Source: Eledone cirrhosa (taxonomy: Eukaryota). Taken from it: a DNA stretch of 64,000 nt. Positions 27,700 to 41,754 of this stretch are shown here, in pieces. Each line of letters begins with the position of its first letter. Positions within the stretch are counted from its first letter, which is position 1. The stretch spans positions 82,832,001 through 82,896,000 of the forward strand of contig OZ024744.1 of assembly GCA_964016885.1 (NCBI GenBank). The letters run 5' to 3'. Position numbers and translations under genes: made by a program. A model generated the notes under the pieces. The model saw nothing but the letters and a program-made list of their open reading frames with translations. It searched no databases and had not been told where the DNA came from.

Positions 27700-28092
27700 A
27701 TATTAATAAGAGGAATTCCAACTTTGTCTGATTTACTCGTTTTATTTACAATCCTTTAAAATTTATAATGGTATTATAATGAAATAGTATGATAGAATAT
27801 TAAATTCTAAATGTTAATTGAACAAGTACTTTCATGATTTCGCAATCTTCAGGTTCATATGTGGTGTCAGTCAAGTTTGCAATTTTCAACTGTGGACAGT
27901 TGAACATTGCAAACTTGACTGTCACCACATATTATGAACCTGAAGATTGCGAAATCATGAAAGTACTTGTTCAATTAACATTTAGAATTTAATATTCTAT
28001 CATACTATTTCATTGTAATACCATTATAAATTTTAAAGGATTGTAAATAAAACGAGTAAATCAGACAAAGTTGGAATTCCTCTTATTAATAT
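27700..28092. repeat. ~390-bp near-perfect palindrome with a hammerhead motif in each arm
   Basis: Arms ~195 bp, centre ~27895; tgaac-CTGAAGA-ttgcgaaatcat-GAAA-gtac-TT-gttca at 27935-27973 (+) and 27819-27857 (-). Confidence 0.92.
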
Positions 28093-28120
28093 AATCTTCT
28101 ATACACAATCATACACACCC

Positions 28121-28166
<46 letters not shown>

Positions 28167-28224
28167 TATATATATATATGTATATATATATATTATATGT
28201 ATATATATATGTATATATTGTTAC

Positions 28225-28293
<69 letters not shown>

Positions 28294-28307
28294 CATCCAC
28301 ACACACA

Positions 28308-28816
<509 letters not shown>

Positions 28817-28889
28817 TATATATATATATATAGAAATATATATACAATGCTCTGAAACAGTTATAAATACCTCTTCTACATAGAAATAA

Positions 28890-28966
<77 letters not shown>

Positions 28967-29213
28967 AAAGTAAGCTCATAGAATCATTTGATAAAATATA
29001 TACAGTATTTCTCCCAATTAGCATAATCAACCACATAAAAAATCAAATAAACGAGACTATAAGTTTAAAATGTACCTATGAAGAAACAATAGATAAATAA
29101 ATTATACCTATTTTATCCGCGATCCACAGCCACAGAACATTTACTTAGTATTTCTATGGACTTACTGTCTTATATATTGCTCTGATTGTTGATTATTTAA
29201 TGCTTGCCAAAAA

Positions 29214-29325
<112 letters not shown>

Positions 29326-29356
29326 GCTCTGTCTAGTTTATGTATATGTAAACCTC

Positions 29357-29388
<32 letters not shown>

Positions 29389-29417
29389 TTAAATACATTA
29401 TCGGAGGAAGCTAATAG

Positions 29418-29463
<46 letters not shown>

Positions 29464-29467
<4 letters not shown>

Positions 29468-30308
29468 ATAAGAAACGGAGAATCAGTGTTGCGATGAATA
29501 ACATTTATTAGACATATTACAATCGTTTCTCTGGCCACCAGCTTGTGGCACGATCGATGTAATGATGGAACGTGACACTGAAATCGCAAGGTCGCCAGAT
29601 ACGTCTCGATTCTCCGTTTCTTATGTGACATCATACTCTGCTCTGTAAGAGAATCGAGTGCTCAATCGGCCTACCGCTTACGGACGCTTTAAGCATCCCA
29701 TCGCTTGCAATTAGGCAAACAAGCCTCAATTTTATATCCATGTCAGTAGAATAAACACTTCATTCTTGCGCCAACACAAGAGCAAGAATGAAGTGTTCAT
29801 TCTACTGACATGGCTATAAAATTGGGGCTTGTTTGCATAATTGCAAACGAATCGAATGTTATTATTAATATTAGAAAAACTCAGATTACATTTATTGTAT
29901 TCGGCCATGTAGAGCGAACATTTTCTGTATATGTATGAAAACACAATTTATTATGTATGAAAACACAATTTATTAACATATTACATATATTTCTCCGACG
30001 AACATCTCAAGGTAGGATTTATTATAGATCGAACCTGACTCCGGAATCGCAAGGTCTTCAGATATGTTTAAAGTTTTCGAGGCATTACTTCCAAGTTATC
30101 TGACGACCTCGCGAATTCAGAGTCAGGTTCGATGTATAATAGATCCCACCTTCAGGTGTTCGTCGGAGAAATATATGTAATATGTTAATAAATTGTGTTT
30201 TGATGCATCACTGATTCCTCGGTATCTATAATATTCTCTGCTCCGCATAAGCACCGGGTGCTCAAACGGCATACCGCCTACGGACGCATTTATTGCAATC
30301 TTACAACA

Positions 30309-30312
<4 letters not shown>
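29464..30312 (+). repeat. Three abutting fold-back elements (29464-29700, 29708-29920, 29960-30312)
   Basis: Inverted arms 29464-29484/29608-29628, 29708-29770/29781-29843, 29960-30066/30097-30201; tails with TCGAGTGCTC or CCGGGTGCTC. Confidence 0.85.
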
Positions 30313-30378
<66 letters not shown>

Positions 30379-30437
30379 TATATATATATATATATATATA
30401 TATGCATATATATATATATATATATATATCGATTATG

Positions 30438-30514
<77 letters not shown>

Positions 30515-30688
30515 ATGTCGATTCAATTTGGATTGCCTCGGAAACAACCTTATTATGTAACAAGCTGTCTGATGATGTCACGACACTCGCACACAGAACA
30601 GTGTGGCCAGTGTCGTCATTGAAATATATATCACAGCATTATTATTAAAGGACTTGAACATCTGAAACTACTTCGCTTTTACTTATTC

Positions 30689-30774
<86 letters not shown>

Positions 30775-30775
<1 letters not shown>

Positions 30776-31636
30776 GAAAGGTATAGAAAGTATTGTAGCA
30801 AGAAGCCAACAGTATTCCATAATATATAAGTGACTATAACGTCAAAATCGGAAAATAGTTAACGTAAGATGTGGGACAAATCATTCAAACTCAATTCAAA
30901 AAGAATCAGGATATAGATTCATCCACAGAATTTGGTGAAATCTAGGGAAAAATCAATACGGCCTTAACTCAGAATAAAATAAAGTTTAAAATACTCATCC
31001 TTCAATTTGGAAAAACTACAAATGCTCTGTATAGTCTTAAAAGACTATTTTACGAAACTTTCAGTGGGGATGGTCACGGTTAGAGTCGATCATCAGCAAA
31101 GCTCAAAGGCACCATAACCAAAGTTCCACCGTTTATAATATGCCAAAAAGGGAATTTAAAAGCAGGCTAGTTCAACATCATGCGTAATTATGAAGAAAAA
31201 CGCACATGTAGAGACAGGGCTGGTGACGTCAGAATGAAACGAATGTCTGTTTACATGAAATAACAGTCAAAAACATTCCGAAAAAACTCTACAATATAAG
31301 GAGTTCAGCAATAGAAAAATTATCGCGTTTTTTTTTTTAAAAAAAGACCGGGATTAGTCACAAATAATTTAAGCACTCTAGGAAAGAAATCCGAGTATAA
31401 ATATAAATGAAAAGTATAGAAATTATTGTAGCAAGAAGCCAAAATGGAAAAATAGCTAACGTAAGATGTGGGAAAATAATTCAAACTCAATTCAAAAAGA
31501 ATCAGGATATAGATTCATCCACAGAATTTGGTGAAATCCAGGGAAAAATCAATAGAGCCTTAACTCAGAATAAAATAAAGTTTAAAATACTCATCCTTCA
31601 ATTTGGAAAAACTACAAATGCTCTGTATAGTCTTAA
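30775..31636 (-). mobile_element. Element with ~230-260-bp direct repeats (30775-31040, 31405-31636); partial inverted copy at 25550-25697
   Basis: Direct repeat visible; degenerate CTGATGA...GAAA on - at 31045-31102; (TA)n flanks. Confidence 0.65.
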
Positions 31637-31748
31637 TATATATATATAAAGTTGTTGTAAGGTTGCAATAAATGCGTCCGTAGGCGGTATGCCGTTTGAG
31701 CACTCGGTGCTCATGCGGAGCAGAGAATATTATAGATAACGAGGAATA

Positions 31749-31779
<31 letters not shown>

Positions 31780-31780
<1 letters not shown>

Positions 31781-31976
31781 GGAAAAGATTCAGGACACCG
31801 ACAGCTGAGCTCCGGCTGTTTCGACAACCAGATCCGAACTGTTCGGTTCTAGCAGTCGAAACGGCCGGAGCTCAGCCGTCGGGATCCTGAATCTTTTCAT
31901 ATACCCATTCTACTAGCCCAAGTATCGAGTACTCTGGCGGGTTATGGTCTACCTGTTTTTTTTTACCATAACCTCG

Positions 31977-31978
<2 letters not shown>
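31780..31978 (+). repeat. Family B fold-back element
   Basis: Arms 31782-31827 / 31855-31898, then tail. Confidence 0.85.
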
Positions 31979-32059
<81 letters not shown>

Positions 32060-32159
32060 TAAAATAATAAATATTTGCTCTACGGTTCTTATATATTTGA
32101 TATATATTTTCCTTATCGAGCCCTCTTTGGATTTTAGTCTTCAATTTTATTATTATTAC

Positions 32160-32372
<213 letters not shown>

Positions 32373-32806
32373 TCACATTTATGCATCTGTGCCTATATTA
32401 ATATTTGTAACTATAGTGATGGGTTGATGAACAAAGATAGACAAGCCAACCATTCCGTAGAAAATGGCGGCTGATATTATCGAAATATAATTGTTTCATA
32501 TGAATATCACTGTATTATACTATCGATGTCAAAATTAGTTTCTTGGACAATCAATGCTTATGAATAAATAAATGGATGCTTTCGAAGATATCTATCTAGC
32601 AGATGTATGTCAGATGGATATCTACTGACGAACATGATTAAACACATACATATTTAGGCTCAGATCTTTGTCTATGCATGTGTGTATTTGCAGACATACA
32701 CACGTACATACATATATGTATACATACATATATGTATACATACATATATACATACATTACACATACATACTTACATAGATGCATCCATGCATGCATATAT
32801 ACATAC

Positions 32807-32838
<32 letters not shown>

Positions 32839-33578
32839 CATACAAACAAACAAACATACATGCACAGCAGTATAGTATGCATTGTATACATAAAATATAC
32901 AAACATACACTATATACATACATGCATACATAAATACATATATGATGACTGTGCGCTCATTTTCATGGAAACCATCTTTGTCTATTAACAGTACGGTGCT
33001 TTCGATAGTCACTCTGTAACTCACTAGGCTCCAATATACCCTTTGTGAGGCTTTTACAAACAAAGCTGTGTATATGCACATCAGTATACAGAAGTATACT
33101 GAAGTATATCCCAATATATAGCACAGTGTCGTTTAAAGAGACAAACAGAATTACAAACTATCCAGCTTGTACTGCAATCAATTATAGTACACATAATGTA
33201 GTATCATTTCTATCTGACCTGGTGTATATCCAACTTTAGAAAAACGTATAGGATAAGACGAGTTACAGACCATATTAACCAATCTCATATATTTTACAAA
33301 TGGTATGTATTTATGGAGCTCGTTATACTGGGAACATTCTTTTATTATGTTAGTAAACTAAAACTACCGAGTAGTAATTTATGTGAGGTAACCCTCATAA
33401 TACACAACTTAAATATATCTTATTGAGGCAGTTTCACAGTGAGTGTGTTCTACAATAAATTAATATTTAGTTGGAGCTATGATCAATGTCTATCTAGAAC
33501 AGATGTGGTCAATAGTCCATCTAAGGTGCCACGCAAATCGAGATGTTATTGCTCAGTAGATTTAAAATGATTTAAAAT

Positions 33579-34142
33579 AATTGTTTCTACTTTAGGCACA
33601 AGGCCAGCAATTACCCAGTACATTACTGGTACTTTATTTTATCGACCCCGTAAGGATGAAAGGCAAAGTTAACCTCGGCGGGATTTAAAATAATGCTGTG
33701 CAGTAATTACCTGTTAAATTATACAGTAGATTTAAAATGATGCTTCACAGTAGTTACCTGTTTAATTGACATAATTTGAGATGTGTTCAAGCATATTCTA
33801 ACACAAAAAAATGCCTTTTCATTTCTAGTGAACGTCATTCTTTAATCTGAAATAAAAAAAAGGACATATTTAACATTAAACATGGTTAGTTTTTACATAT
33901 TTTGTTAAAGTTTGAGATCATTTGAGCGATAATTGGCTCTCGGTAGAACGTGGGACAACATACTTAGCGGCATAGAGTCACGTACCTTTACGTTCTGAGT
34001 TCAAATCTCGCCGGGGTTAGCTTCGACTTTCATCCTTACGGGGTCGATAAAATAAAATATCAGTAATGCACTGAGGTAGATTTAATCCCCCCCCCCCCCC
34101 CCCCCAAAAAAAATGATTGGCCTCTTGTGCCTAAATCAGAAA
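33579..34142. mobile_element. Two SINE copies (33579-33686 -, 33933-34142 +)
   Basis: Consensus match. Confidence 0.85.
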
Positions 34143-34508
34143 GTATTATTAAACTACGAAATGATGACTGTTTAGGACGATACCCTATATTTTTACTCAA
34201 AGCATCAAACGCTCTACTCAGTTGTAGGGAAACAGTTCGAGGGAGCGTTTGCTATGACCAATATCTATGTTTAAAAAAGAAAATTTCAACTTACCAATAT
34301 AAAGAACGTATGCTTTAGTTACCTTACGATAAACTATGGCATTTAGACGACTGCAAATTATTATTTTTTAGCCGATGTTAGACGAGACAGATTCCTGTGT
34401 AGCTTTACTATAAATATCGGTCGGATACATGGGGTACGTATAAAACGATCGGAATGTTCAAAGGAAACGTATCGGGCACGTTTATATAACCATATATATA
34501 TATAAATG

Positions 34509-34540
<32 letters not shown>

Positions 34541-34778
34541 AACTCACATATGTATGTATATTTGCATGTACACACACACACACGCACACCGACACACAGA
34601 CACAGACACACACACACATAGACACACACACAAACACACACACACACAAACACCCTCAAATATACCCATGAGTGTATATATGATTATATATATATGAATA
34701 TGTCTTTCAGTTTCCCTTTTTACTTATGGGTGTAATATGTATGTGTGTGTATGTGTGGGCGCGCGCGCACGCCTGCGC

Positions 34779-34813
<35 letters not shown>

Positions 34814-35360
34814 CGCGCCTGCGTGCGCGTGTGTATATGCAGGCGTGCGCGTGAGTGTGTGAAAGTGTTTTCACATGAATATTACTGTTGACATATGTAT
34901 ATGTTTTCTATGAAAAAAGTATCACCAAATTACACCATGTGATATTAGGCAAGTGTCAGTAGCAAGACAGTTGCCATCGGGACAGTGTGCAACTATTGAC
35001 AACCAGTTATTATCGCTTTTTTTTCTTTTTCTCCCCTTTTTCTAGAGATCAAACAGCGTGGAACCCCTTAGGGAATAATGCACTCAGTTGTGAGGTGGGA
35101 AAATGAAAATAAGGATAATAAATACATAAATAAAATAAGAAAGCATTTGGCTCAGTATGTGTTTATGTGTGCGCGTGTAAAAGAGAACGACAGCAGGCAA
35201 TGGATGAATGAGTGAGTGAGTGAGTGAGAGAGCGGGAGAGATAGAGTGAGATGAAAGGGAGAGCTGGAGCGAGAGCGAATGGGAAAGCGACAGAAAGGTG
35301 TCATGGGTGGAAGAAAATAGCGGTTTAATATGTCAAGTTTTAAAGGAAAACGAGGCTCGT

Positions 35361-35460
35361 TGACGTGATATCACAGCAAATTCGATGCACCAGATGGCAG
35401 TTTAAATGCACACGACTACTGGGTTAAGTTTGAAGACATCAGTAATACAGCAAACCTGGT
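35361..35460 (+). promoter_or_regulatory. Motif module (TGACGTGA, CACCAGATGGCAG, TTTAAA, TCAGT) downstream of a GA-rich tract
   Basis: Inverted homolog of 4850-5025; ACTTCCG at ~35471; function inferred. Confidence 0.45.
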
Positions 35461-35842
35461 GCAGTTTTTACTTCCGTATTTACACAAAACGCCAATAAGG
35501 AACTAAGTTAACATATTTCTATTAGTGTTGTTTACTTTAGTATTTCCACGAGCCTTATAAGTAGAAAAAATGACAAAAAAAGCGAGATAAGGTTGAGTTT
35601 TAAGAAAACAAATCTGGGAAAAGTTACAACATTCAGGGCTTTACCAAAATCGTTTCTCAGGGATTTAGTCTTCTAAAGCAGGTATATATGAAAAAAAAAA
35701 AAAAATAGAAATAATTAAGAAAAAGGTAGTCTTATTACTTTTCTTCTGTTCGTCAAGAACCACTGTAAAACAGTAACAGAAATAAAAACAACAACAAAAA
35801 CGACATAAGGAGCAGCAAGCAGCAGAGACAATGACAACAGCA

Positions 35843-36338
35843 TGGCAGTATCGGTAGGATGTCAGACGCAATGCATTGCAGCATCGAGTTACACCCATTT
35901 ACGGTCTGAGTCCAAATCCCGCCGAGGTTTACTTTACCTTTCATCCTTACGGGGTCGATAAAATAAAATACCAGTAATGAACTGGGTAATTGCTGGCTTT
36001 GTGCCAAAAGTAGAAACAATTATTTATAAACCCGTGGTGAATACTGTTGGTCAGGGCAGAAGTAACAGGCCAACAGTTACCAACCTGGGATCCGGAGACC
36101 CCTTGAATCCATAAATATAGTATATGTGGGAGGGTGGGATTGAATGAGTGAAATGTAATTTCTCAATTACTATTTTTTATGAACACAATACAAACATACA
36201 CTTTACAGTTGTAAACATGCTTTGCACTTATATAGTTTAGATCATTGTAAAAGAATCTGGCAGGAGTAATTGTCCAGTGGAAAATTCAGTGAAGTAAATG
36301 CAAACGTAACCAGTTCTATGCACACACACGCACACACG

Positions 36339-36423
<85 letters not shown>

Positions 36424-36707
36424 ATGCTTTGGGTGTGTCATGCTGCCAATAAAAACATAAAATTATATACAAATAGTGGGGCTCCAGCATGGCCTCAGCC
36501 TGTCGGCTGGAACACGTAATAATTGTTTCTACTTTTGGCACAAGTCCAGCAATTATCCCATTGTATTACTGGGACTTTATTTTATCGACCCCATAAGGAT
36601 GAAAGGCAAAGTTAACCTCGGCGAGATTTGAACTCAGACCATAAAGGGCCTTAACTCTTTGCTGCAAAGCATGGTGTCTGACCCTCTACCGATACTACCA
36701 ATCCACC
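35843..36707. mobile_element. Convergent SINE pair (35843-36021 +, 36521-36707 -)
   Basis: Consensus match. Confidence 0.88.
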
Positions 36708-36820
36708 AGACTAATATATACATACATAATCATATATATTTTAATTTCTAGGTATACGAAAAACTTTATCGTTTTACGCCCTTTGGCATGAAACATTAAC
36801 GTTTTTGGTAAACATGAAAG

Positions 36821-37005
<185 letters not shown>

Positions 37006-37179
37006 TGTATATATATATTCTCTGCAGACTAAACAATTTAATATGTATTAAGCACTCATTGAAACTTGATATTTTTATTTATATATATATATATATAATG
37101 GAACTGTTATTTTTCTTTAAAAACATTTTTTCCAATTCCACCCCACCCGTCCCTTCAATTTTTCTAATTTCTTATTCTT

Positions 37180-37214
37180 TCTTCTGATGAAGGACTAGCG
37201 TCCGAAACGTTAAG
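37180..37214 (+). ncRNA. Minimal type-I hammerhead ribozyme, intact core
   Basis: tctt-CTGATGA-a-ggac-tagc-gtcc-GAAACGTT-aaga; second copy 54606-54640 (-) has GAAA changed to AAAA. Confidence 0.8.
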
Positions 37215-37331
37215 ACCCTCTTCCTGCTATTATATACACATGTACTTACATATATTCATGTGTATATGTTTGTGAGTATAAAATGTGTGTTCTGTGAACA
37301 TCTGTGTCAGTATGTATGCTAAAATACACGC

Positions 37332-37361
<30 letters not shown>

Positions 37362-37366
<5 letters not shown>

Positions 37367-37556
37367 AACAAGTAAGACCCCAACGGCTGAGCTCAAGCCG
37401 TTTCGACGGCTAATTCAGTCCAGAATTAGCCGTCGAAACGGCTTGAGCTCAGCCGTCGGGGTCTTACTTGTTCCTATTACCCACTCTACTACCCTAAGTA
37501 TTGAGTACTTTGGTGCGTTATGGTCCACCTGGTTCCTTACCCCTTTTCCTTCGTTA
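37362..37556 (+). repeat. Family B fold-back element
   Basis: Arms 37362-37416 / 37422-37477; tail with ATTGAGTACT; (TA)n both sides. Confidence 0.9.
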
Positions 37557-38269
37557 TATATATATATATATATATATATGAAGATTGCCGTAAATAAATT
37601 TAAAAAAAAAAACGAAAATAAAATCGCTTAAAAAAACATTCATGTCTGTAGCAGGTCGTCCCTGTCTTATGTCAATGGAGAAGGAAAATAAAGGAAAAGA
37701 AATAAACAAGAAGAAAAAACAAAAGTGACAGCGGATATTATTTCTATCATAAATGGCAGCTAATGTTTCTACTGTTCCATCACAAGACTGATAGTTGTTA
37801 GTTGGAGTGGTGCTAAACTGTGTTACAAAACACCCTTCAAGCTAATCTTCTCGGCCGTAGGTCACAATTGTAAATCTTTTGTTAACACTCAATGTCCGGC
37901 ACTTGAGACATTATATATTCCTTCTGTCACCTGAATTCAATTGAAATAGGACTCCATCGAGATCAAAATAGCGAATAACAGCAACAACAACGATGATAAT
38001 AATAGTACTACTAATAATAATGATAATTGTTTTTTTTTTTTTTATTTTGTTTTCTTTCTTCCTCTTCTCGTAGACAAACGAGTATTGTAGAAAAGAACGT
38101 TAAAATGAAATATTTCTTTATAATGCATTAACAAAAAGATAACAAACATAATAACTCTTCTTCAAATAAACTACCTTCGTCGAATCATTACTTAAACCGT
38201 GAACTTACGAACATAAAATTAATAGTGCTTTCCTTACTTGCATTTAGCATTTGTACATACACGCACACA

Positions 38270-38352
<83 letters not shown>

Positions 38353-38417
38353 TCTCTCTCTCTCTCTCTCTCTCTCTCGCTCGCTCGCTCTCTCTCGCTC
38401 TCTCTCTCTCTCACTCA

Positions 38418-38475
<58 letters not shown>

Positions 38476-38502
38476 CACATATACACTCACACTTACATAC
38501 AC

Positions 38503-38559
<57 letters not shown>

Positions 38560-39371
38560 ATATTATTTTAAAAAATTGTTTGAATTTTGCTTGTTCTGCT
38601 TATCTTAATATTATAGTTCTGGTATGTCAAATTAATACCATAGAACAACCTTAAATCATAGACAACCTATATATTTCCAGGGGTACTTAGTACCCGTGGG
38701 CATATTAACTTCATTTAATATTCTCCGTTATGTAGAGAACAAGTCTGTTGTTCTATTTGGCTGCTATTTTTAGTGGCGATGTAGACAACACGTCTATGTT
38801 TATTTCCGCTTTTGCTACGGACTGGTTCAAGTATAGGTCAAATTTTGGCCTCATTCGATCCTGTACTAGCTAGTAGATGGCAAAAAAATGTCTTTAGATA
38901 AAAATAACAGGTCCATTCATGTTGACATCTCTTGCAAAACTGTATATATATATTTACTTAGAAGTGAACAACACAATATATAACTACTCCATTTCCAAAG
39001 GTTTCTGGATCTTAGACAATGTTAACTCATCAAATGTTAACTCATCTAGTTCGCTCATCAAATGAAAAAGTTATAAATATATGAAAATAAGAAATGAAAG
39101 TGAAATTCTATTAAAACTGAAAGTGAAGCCGGAAAATATAATGGAAATATATACATAAGAAAGAATATATATATAAAATTATATAAAAATTATGAAGCTC
39201 ATGTGTACATACATACACATATATACATATATATGGGCGCATTCAGACATGTATGTATATACGACAAATATATATACGCGTGAACATACATACATATATA
39301 TGAAACAGACACATACGTATAAACACACTCGCCTACATACATATACATACGTATACACACGTATATTTATA

Positions 39372-39495
<124 letters not shown>

Positions 39496-39496
39496 G

Positions 39497-40102
39497 CCAA
39501 AACTAAGTTAAATTAAGGATGTCATGTCAGATAGACGTGCGCCATATCACCCGTAAAATATGCTCCAAGATTCCAATGAATAGATCCGAGCATTTTATAT
39601 CAACTAGAAATTGATTGAGATATATATATATCTAAAATAAACATATGAAACAATCACAGGGGATAATTTGTAAAAGTGTGTAAGCACACATAGATATGTG
39701 GGTAACTAAATAAAGTTTAATTAGAACTTCAAAAATAGATACCTTATAAATTGATTAATCTTCGTTGTATATATTCCTTTAAAGAAATATATTTCACCAA
39801 TTAATCGATTGGTAAACGACAGTAGCCAGATCCTGCATTTTCAACAAGGAAGAGGACCAACCATCTGTCTTTAAGCATCAAATTCAAATAAAAATACACA
39901 CCAGCTTCGTCCCAGTGGCGTGAATAGGATTATCGACAACTAGAAATAGCAGTCAAGTCCTTTTAACTGAGTTAGCTCTACAATTAAGGGGCCATATTTA
40001 TATATATCCAAAATTAAGTTAAATTAAGGGTGTCATGTCAGATAGACATGCGCCATATGACCCGTAAAATAAGGTCCAAGATTCCAATGAATAGATCCGA
40101 GC

Positions 40103-40105
<3 letters not shown>
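39497..40105. repeat. ~95-bp direct repeat pair (39497-39597, 40008-40105) next to (TA)n
   Basis: TAAGTTAAATTAAGG.TGTCATGTCAGATAGAC...TAGATCCGAGCATTTT twice. Confidence 0.8.
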
Positions 40106-40172
<67 letters not shown>

Positions 40173-40175
<3 letters not shown>

Positions 40176-40620
40176 ATATTAACACATGAAACTATATTTA
40201 TAAAACCATATTTATTTCATTATACATATTTCAAGGACACCAAGTTAAATTAAATTATGGTGTGCTTTCATCAGATAAAATATAATATAGATCAGTTTTA
40301 TAAATAAATATTGACATACCCTTAAAGAATGCAACCATTACTGTTGGAAGCTCCCGGGAGCTTCCAACAGTAATGGTTGCATTTTTTAAGGGTATGTCAA
40401 TATTTATTTATAAAACTGATCTATATTATATTTTATCTGATGAAAGCACACCATAATTTAACTTGGTGTCCTTGAAATATGCATAATGAAATAAGTATGG
40501 TTTTATAAATATAGTTTCCATTTGTTAATATCGTACTTTTAGTCCAAATATTTGTTGAGGGCTTTATATCAGTTATAAAAATATTTACTTGTTGTATCCC
40601 AACAATTTAAATAGAACTTT
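40173..40620. repeat. ~360-bp loopless palindrome with a hammerhead motif in each arm, plus tail
   Basis: Centre GCTCCC|GGGAGC at 40355/40356; ttat-CTGATGA-aagcacacca..tggtgtcctt-GAAA-tatg(C/T)A-taa at 40433-40486 (+) and 40220-40278 (-). Confidence 0.92.
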
Positions 40621-40674
40621 ATGTATATATATTTAAATAGAACTTTATGTATATATATTTATAAAATAATAAAC

Positions 40675-41662
40675 CTTGTGCCGCGTCCACCTCAGCAGGG
40701 TTGTTCAAAACACAACAGAACCCTCTGTGTTCAGACAACGTGAGGCCGCCTGTGAGACGTTGGACCGGCTGGGACTTAGCCCAGTAGACGTCCCTCCTCC
40801 TCCCCCTGTTGACGTCAAGTCCCCCCAACGCACTTGGGATGCCATCCAGTGCAGCCTGGCCTCAGACAGGCTCACGCGCCAGCTCGACCAGCACCACCAT
40901 GCTTGTTTTCGTGCGGCCTCCAAACTCCACAGTGGTGCCTGGCTCCATTCCCTGCCCTCCTTCTCCACTAGCACGCAGCTAGAGAACCTTAGCCTGCGAA
41001 TCAGCGTTTCCCTGAGGCTCGATTTCCGGATCTGCCAGCCACACCAATGTCGCTGCGGTTCCACCGTCGACTCTTTCGGCCTCCACCCGCTTTCCTGTCG
41101 ACACAGTGCCGGCCGCATTCCACGCCATGCTGCCCTTAATGAGGTCATTAAGCATGGCTTGGACGCTGCAGGCTTCCCTTCCCAGCTCGAGCCGGTGGAA
41201 CTGGATCGAGGGGACGGCAAAAGGCCAGATGGCATGACCATCTTCCCTCGTCTGGGATGCCACTTGTCCCGACACTTTCTGCAGCCTCAACCTGGTGCAG
41301 TCTGCGACTGACCCAGGTTTAGCTGCATGTCGGGCTGAGGGGGCCAAACTCCTCAAATATCGGTCGCTCTCCGACTGGTTTGCGGTCGTACCCCTGGCAG
41401 TCGAGACTTCTGCTGTCCTCAGCTCCAGGGATACGTTCTTACTCATCACCATAGGCACTGAGCTGGCCAGCCGCAGGTGTGAGCCCCGCGAGTTGGAGTG
41501 GCTTTTCCAGTGCGTCTCGCTTGCCGTCCCCCGGGGAAACGCCTTCTCCATTCTGTCCGCCGGGGCTGTGGGTGGGCCCCATCGCGTACCAATACATTAG
41601 TTAAATACCATTCTTTCATCTGACACAACACAATAAAGACTAAAGTGTTTTAAAAAAAAAAA
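40675..41662 (+). mobile_element. CRE-clade non-LTR retrotransposon 3' part (CCHC zinc finger plus restriction-like endonuclease)
   Basis: SGAWLHSLP, LRL, CRCG..GLHPLSC, RHAALN, EP..L.RGDGKRPDG, K..KY, PLAVET, S.AV.RGNA; AATAAA and A-tail; frameshifted. Confidence 0.9.
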
Positions 41663-41754
41663 ATTATGTTGGAATAGAAAATATAATTTTTATATAATTT
41701 TTTATATAATTATTTTATATATATTCTTTTTTATGTATATTTTCCTTTATATTT

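Noticed and set aside
34955-35002. miR-92-like hairpin
   Set aside because: Poor pairing and seed mismatch
35368-35390. miR-2/13-like TATCACAGC..GATG
   Set aside because: No precursor hairpin with a loop; seed not kept in the homologous copy
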